NCBI GenBank assembly: GCA_000934665.2
Contig: JYFJ02003927.1
Span: forward strand, 1-36,327
Source of the DNA: Catajapyx aquilonaris
Taxonomy: Eukaryota
Direction of reading: 5' to 3'
Length of the DNA: 36,327 bases
Shown here: positions 33,969 to 36,327 of the stretch, piece by piece
Numbering within the stretch: position 1 is the stretch's first letter
Layout of the letters: every line of letters begins with the position of its first letter
Translations under genes and position numbers: made by a program
The notes under the pieces: generated by a model
Databases searched by the model: none
Seen by the model: the letters and a program-made list of their open reading frames with translations, nothing else
Told to the model about the DNA's origin: nothing

Positions 33969-36263
33969 CATACCAAGTACAACAGTCGATATGTTTATTA
34001 TTCTGTATAAATAAATGCGAAATATACTAATTATTAATAAAATGCAAAAGAATACATCTCGGCGAGGTTATTTGTAGCAGTATGACCAACTTGTACAATT
34101 CCATGTAATAATTTCTCAAGCACTCGTTAAAGGTTGTAAATAAAGTCGACGTGTTTTTTAAAGCAAATATATACATGCTCCGGTGTTATCATGTGTAGTA
34201 AAATTATATCACTGTAACCTTCTGTAATTGGCGGTTTCCCCATCAGTCGGCATAATGAGTCTATAGCCACTACCGCAGCTCTACTCGCTGATCCCGGCGA
34301 AAAGCCGAAAACCGACGAAGGCTGGCGGGTTTTAGGATCGAACCCTTACGCTCGCAGGCTAGTGGCCAACACACCATCCATTCCTTCATCCCCAGCCCCA
34401 TCCCATTTTTTCACTTCCACGTTGTACAGTATAGGTCTTTTATCGGAAAGAGAGACCCGGAGAATCATAGCATTGACCCTCATAATATTCATGAAATTGT
34501 TTTACACGTAGATTATATAAAGAGTGGAAATGATAAAGGGTCTAAGTGACATTTTTTTAAAGATTATGCTCTAAAAGCAAGAGCTGTTTGGGTCAAAGCT
34601 AATACTAATACAAAACCTCCAAATGACCCAGATGGCTCATTTGATAGCAGGAATTCCCCAAAGATAGCCTCCTCAGACCCAAAATAGTTCTATTCAACAT
34701 AAAAGCTCCGGATTTTGTGTCTAGGTGCAGTTCCGTACTCTGAACAAAGAACCATCCTACACATTTTTCAAAATTCCGCGCCATTGTTGAGTTAGAGGAC
34801 TGTATTGCAGGCAATACATTGGGTCTTAGAACTTCTGATATAAAATGTGATATTGATAGCAATACAAAACAACTTTCATATCTCAACACCTCTTATTCCG
34901 TGTGGTAAAGTCCGAAACAGTGTTACATACATATACTGTACGTATGTACATACATATGTAATTATTATTATTATTATAGTAATTTATGTTGTTGATAAAA
35001 ATGTGATCAAAGTAAATATTCAATTAGAAATTAAAGTTCGAAAAAATGTCAATACCTCTCGCTAACAAAGAAATATAACATACTTTTTTGAGAGAAAAAA
35101 TATATGCTAAGTTTTACTATTTTTATTACACCTTAGTTAAATCAGCATACACTATCATACAATAGTACATTAAAACCTGTGAATAGCTCATTTTACGATA
35201 TCTACGACCATTTTCTGATTATCCGTGGTTTCCGATTATCCAGCGACATCTGTGCATTCATTAGCCCTGAAAATCGGGATTACAGTGTATTTAATATTTG
35301 TTGGGTTTTGTTTCTTTTCATGTCTGAGGTGCCAAGCGAATAAGCAATATACAGAAGTTGTTTAAAATATTGTATTTTGGGGTCTGATTATTATTTGAAC
35401 CTATTCTCCTAGTTAACCCTTACAATCATGAACACATTAATTTTGTAGCCTGTAATGGATATGGGTATCCATAACTGCCACACAAATACCCATATATCGG
35501 AACTTAGGCCCTTCATCATTTCCACTCTTCATATTTTAAAAGACTGTTCACAATTATAAATATGATTCAGCCTTGATAACGGACACAAACTGCATAATGC
35601 ACCTAATAACTTGTCACCTTTACGTTTGTATAGCCTATCAGTAAAACACAGTCTGGAAGGTTGAGAAAGTAGGAAAGGCAGGCAATATTTTAGTCCCATT
35701 TTATACTGTGGAGTGCTCTCTTACTATTATTTTGAACAATATATTGGTCAGCCATAACGATGTACTGCGCGTAGCTCCGCACCGATGCCCTCAACCCTTT
35801 CAATTTCAAGCTAGCTACTCTTATTGGAGCTTCACGACCCTGTAAATGCTGCGGAAAGCAACGGGAGTTCCTCCCCGTTGGATGTAGTCACATCCGACAG
35901 CAACAAAAGGACCATACATGGCTGTAGAAGGCGACAAACAGCCTCTAATGCACGGCCAGGCGGTTGTTAACTTTGGCTACTCATGCGAGGCCAAGTGGTC
36001 TGGCCAAACGGTACTTACTTTTGGATTGCGGTAATATTATATTATTATTAGTGACGAGACAGATTTGATAGATGTAGGACGAAACACATGACCTCTTGTA
36101 GGGAGATCAGCAGTCATTAACCCGCGTACGTACAGTACCTGCAGTGGTTGTATATACCGGGGAGCAGGATATGAGAGAGATACAGATTGCTGAATGTCCA
36201 CGAAATGACACCTGTAATATGTGTCACACTCAAGGGGTCGGACAATCGGAAAAAAAACGTACG

Positions 36264-36327
36264 AGATTCACTAATACTGCCAGATTCACCCGGGATTCAC
36301 AAGATTCGGCAGGGATTCATAAGATTC
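36264..36327. repeat. Cluster of GATTC(A) motifs, probably the subterminal array of a MITE running off the window
   Basis: Six GATTC motifs in ~64 bp, including GGGATTCA.AAGATTC twice. Confidence 0.5.

Noticed and set aside
34287..34320. Hammerhead-ribozyme-like CTGATCCCGGCGAAAAGCCGAAAAC
   Set aside because: The core would need CUGAnGA but has CUGAUCC, and no convincing stems I/III were found. The region more likely is a decayed repeat (B-box-like GGTTCGATCC on the minus strand near 34335-34344).

Overview
Eukaryotic genomic DNA from an arthropod, most likely a non-holometabolous insect judging by SINE content. No prokaryotic system, CRISPR array or intact transposase/RT ORF is visible. The only supportable protein-coding gene is a nicotinic acetylcholine receptor alpha subunit of the alpha3/alpha4 clade on the minus strand. 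Coding exon 1 (32815..32627) encodes the signal peptide plus [12 protein letters not shown]...LIDV and is spliced in phase 0 across a 30,819-bp GT-AG intron to a 45-bp exon 2 (1807..1763, NLKNQIMTTNLWVEQ) that the ORF track misses; the rest of the gene lies left of the window. The intron is packed with non-autonomous mobile elements: five distinct tRNA-headed SINE families with intact 9-17 bp target-site duplications (one with a V-SINE-like core, one with a Nin/Ruka-like core) and several MITEs with Tc1/mariner, pogo, hAT, Sola and MULE-like ends, some nested three deep. The most unusual signal is a strong excess of TA-CAG-TA/TA-CTG-TA and TA-GGC-TA/TA-GCC-TA/TA-GGCC-TA words. These look like DNA-transposon excision footprints, and one is caught directly as an insertion in one arm of an inverted repeat. 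Family assignments are from remembered motifs, not database searches, and motif counts were done by eye.
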